Shown in pieces: positions 60,777 through 64,000 of a stretch of DNA of 64,000 bases (positions are counted from its first letter, which is position 1; every line of letters starts with the position of its first letter). The stretch is from Vitrella brassicaformis CCMP3155 (taxonomy: Eukaryota > Protista > Chromerida). Location: assembly GCA_001179505.1 (NCBI GenBank), contig CDMY01000353.1, forward strand, positions 41,546 through 105,545, in the 5' to 3' direction. Made by a program: the position numbers and the translations under genes. The notes under the pieces were generated by a model, which was not told the origin of the DNA, made no database searches, and saw nothing but the letters and a program-made list of their open reading frames with translations.

Positions 60777-61611
60777 GAAGAAGCAGACAAAGGGAGACAA
60801 GGAAGGCGACACATGGAAAACCTCACTTTCTTCTTGGCTGATGCAGGCTGTGTTTTGACCTGCCAAATGACGTGCTCCCTTTCGCTGCGAAGCGCAACCA
60901 GAACGTCTGCAAGAACAACGGTGATATCGATCGTAGTATCCGAGCCCCCTCCCCGTACACCTTCCCATGACCCTCACGCTGTACTGCCTAAGACTATCGG
61001 TCCCCTCACCTATCTGTCGGCTCTCGACTGCCCAGCTGCATCACCCACAGCAAGACCGCTACGGCAACGTGATGGCCGAAGCAGGCCACTTTACGACGGT
61101 CCTCAAGTGTCCTGAGGACAGGCCCGCCCTGATCGGGAGACGGCGGGAGCAGCAGCAACAGCAGCAATAGCGACAGCAGCTACTGGGCAGTGGCAGACGA
61201 TGCGGCGCCATCCCGAATCATGACGCAGCAGGAGGCGACGGCCTTCCTGTCATAGCAGGAGGCCCTGTGTGCGTGTCGTGTTTGCGGAAGAGATGCAGCG
61301 TCTTCCGATGGAGAAGGGCAGACGAGGTCTTCAGATACAGAGGGCCGTCTGGCTTCCTGATTGGTGCCTGGCTGGCTGGCTAGCTGAATGAGGGAGTGAG
61401 GCTAAGAGAGATCACTGCCTACATTTTGTATCGGTATGCGTCGTTTTCCCAATCGACGGAGGGATGGGTACGCCACGCAGCGGCCGCCCGGTTGATACAT
61501 CGATTTGATTGATGGGAAGGAACTAATGGCTCTTTCATGATCTATCGTACTAGGCGATCCGCGCGTACAGAAAGCCACGAATTGGCTAGTACATGCAATG
61601 AGTGAATGAAT

Positions 61612-63789
61612 GCGCCTGTCTGTCCCCCGGGCAGCAGTCGCCAATTAGACTCGAGCAGAGCTCAGCTCTACACAGGCGCTCGCTCGTGAAGTACCAGGTC
61701 AGTAATGTCCCTGCACGTGTGTGTGTGTGTGATAGCAGTCCAAACGGGTTGGTCCCCTCTTCTCTCTCCTTGCATACACACAAACACATCATCGAACATG
61801 GCGAAGCAACGAACGGACGAAGGGATGGATGGATAACTCAAACGTACGTACAATCGCGGGTGGCAGTGAGTGAGTGAATGGATGCGTGTGTGGTTGCGTG
61901 GTGCGTGTGAGACAGTGAGCGAGTAGGAAGGTGACCGCAATGCAACGCGATGCGACGGTGTGTGTCGAGGGGAGGTGTGTGTGTTCGTGCTGCTGCATTC
62001 ATCGGTGTGAGATATAGTTGTCATGATGTGCTGGCTGGGGCTTTATGTGGTTTGTGATTTGTTGGTGCACGTCAGTCAGTCATGTCTCGATCCAACGCGC
62101 TCTCATGACCAGCTGCAATCAACCAACGATAGATAATGCATCGGTCCGGCGTATGCAGGGTCCATCACAACTACACCCACACCCACACAGTGTGTGCCGT
62201 GCCAGCCAGAAGTCACCAATCTAATCTATCTACACACACACACAGGAAGGAGACCTGTGCTTCGGCCCGCCCCTCACCAATCGGCCCCTCTAAGACCCAA
62301 CCATTGATGACATACACAGACATTCCCTCTCACACGCACCACGCCATAAAACACTGCTGGCCGTGGGCAGCTTTGCTGGCTCACTCCCTCACTACCTTGC
62401 AAGTCACTGACTGCATGATTAAAATTCCCCCTGCCCCCCGCCGGCGGGTGTTTGGGTGTTGTCTGTCTGGTCTATTTATCTTGTGAATCCTCGATGTAAA
62501 GCGCGTGTGGGTCTGCTTCTTCCTCTGCAAACTCCCAGACGCCCAAGCGCTTGTCCGAGATGGCCCGCACGCCCAGCTCTTCGGCCATCTCATGCATGGC
62601 GTCCAGGTTGGACTCGTCCTTGAGGTCGATCCACAGGGGGTCACCGTAGCACCGCTGGACATGCGCATCTGCACACCCACACACCCACACAAACACACAG
62701 GGGATGGATGTAGCTGTGTCCACGCGCGAGTGCGTTCGTTCGTTCGTTAGTCGGCGCTGTGCGTACAGTTTCCGTTGTCAATCTCACTCCACATGTCGAG
62801 GTAGAACTGTCCGAAGTTCCTGCCAAGAACACACACACACACCTACGGCGAGCATGTGGTCGTCGATCCCCACTTGCTTCGGACCTTCCATCTTTGCAGC
62901 ACTGCTGCCAGATCCGCTCAAGTGCCCTGGCCGAGACCTCCATGTGACGGAAGGGCCGAGATGCATAGACCCCTGCGAGCGCCTTAATTCTCCCGCGCTC
63001 ATTACCGGCCCTCGGCAGGCCTGCACACACACATTCATATCGTCACACACAGGTCAGGAGACCCCCTCTTCTGACGTACCAACGTCTTCCAATGCGCAAT
63101 TCAGCATCGCCATGAAGGTGCCCCTGGAGTTGAGCCCCCCATTATCTATCGTATTGTTGATGCACTCGCGCGCCCGCCGCTTATTCGCGGTATACATCAT
63201 CTCTCGCAGCCGGCGGGTTTCGCCAAATGCTGGCAGCTCGATTCCCCGGAAGAAGCGGACCAGCCGATGCGCCCGAGTCGCCTCAAGCCGCGTCGTGTGC
63301 TCACAGCCATCTGTGCCACAGGGTCGTCCCGTCCGGCTGCGAAGAGCGTTCACGCGCGCCGGGTGGACGAACGAGGGGAGGGAAGGCGAACAAATCGCGG
63401 GGTGAGGTCCAAGTTGGAGCAGCAGGACAAGACAACTAACGCCCAACACACGCTTCATGAGTCCTTTGTTTCATCGTCTTGGGCGACAGAACGGCGCGAC
63501 GGCCTGACCAGACGACAGACACAAACAGCGATAGCAAGAAGTGCACCACGGATGTGCTGACTGCTCCGCTGACCTCACGGCGTCTGACGTCAGTGACAGG
63601 CGGTGCCTCCTGAGTCTGCGTACGAGATCTGCAACAAATAATGAATCAATCGGGTATCAATGGACGATTTGTAAGTGCGCTATAAGTTCTGTGTATCTCA
63701 CACCTGTGGATTTGTCGTATTTCTCTGCCTTTTTCTCGTCGCTTGCGAGCTACCCGGGGTTTGCAACCCTGAAATCCGAACCCTGAATC
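61612..63789 (-). repeat. Right (inverted) copy of the ~2.2-kb duplication
   Basis: Reverse-complement match to 27726-30040, including introns and flanks. Confidence 0.92.
62472..63458 (-). CDS. Uncharacterised protein paralog B (inverted copy of 28329-29324), 4 exons
   Basis: MKRVLGVSCLVLLLQLGPHPAICSPSLPSFVHP...LEDV|GLPRAG..CCKDG|RNFGQFYLDMWSEIDNGN|YAHVQRCYGDPLWIDLKDESNLDAMHEMA..QDK*. The same three introns, all in frame. Confidence 0.75.
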
Positions 63790-64000
63790 ATGAAAAATCT
63801 TAGAAACGCATAGAGAGGCGGTTGAATAGCATCTGCTGAAAGTGTAAAGAGAGAGAACACTGATGAAATGTACACAAAATTCTCAGAAAACACAGACTTG
63901 TTTGCTGTTTGATGCCTGCAGGGAAAGGATGAGGTCATTGCCACGGTGGTTTGAGAGATGATTAGCCGGGCCATCGGAGGGGCGGGCGTGGCTGCGGTGG

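Noticed and set aside
27726-63789. Telomere-capped linear element or integrated mini-chromosome
   Set aside because: The telomere-like tracts are only 4-5 degenerate units and their G-rich strands point inward, the wrong polarity for chromosome ends.

Overview
Eukaryotic, GC-rich, intron-dense genomic DNA. It is most likely the chromerid alga Vitrella brassicaformis or a close relative; this is inferred from (CA)n/(GT)n/(GACA)n-filled short introns, an apicomplexan-type ATP synthase subunit homolog, TLDc-like paralogs and bipartite plastid-type leaders. There are about 20 intact spliced genes: SERCA-type Ca-ATPase (runs off the left edge), FAM228-like hypothetical, Maf pyrophosphatase, ATPTG11-like subunit, ubiquitin-domain protein, atypical CAMK-like kinase, RPLP2, tandem TLDc protein, flavin amine oxidase, FANCJ/RTEL1-type helicase, SEA-like surface protein, GDPD, tepsin, MORN protein, CCCH zinc-finger protein, GT31 glycosyltransferase, an AT-rich multi-pass membrane gene, a C-type-lectin adhesin, and two inverted paralogs of an unknown secretory/plastid-type protein. 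The window also holds pseudogene debris and two 300-N gaps. Main non-gene signals: (1) 16 genes form 8 head-to-head pairs, and most of these short promoters carry GCGAGCT; (2) introns are polarised (CA-rich 5' half, GT-rich 3' half) and could fold to juxtapose splice sites; (3) an AT-rich island with a different intron style is bracketed by a 55-bp direct repeat and a 13-bp direct repeat; (4) a ~2.2-kb inverted duplication ~32 kb apart has telomere-like repeats at its outer ends. No rRNA, tRNA or CRISPR array was recognised. Exon models were built by eye and no database searches were run.
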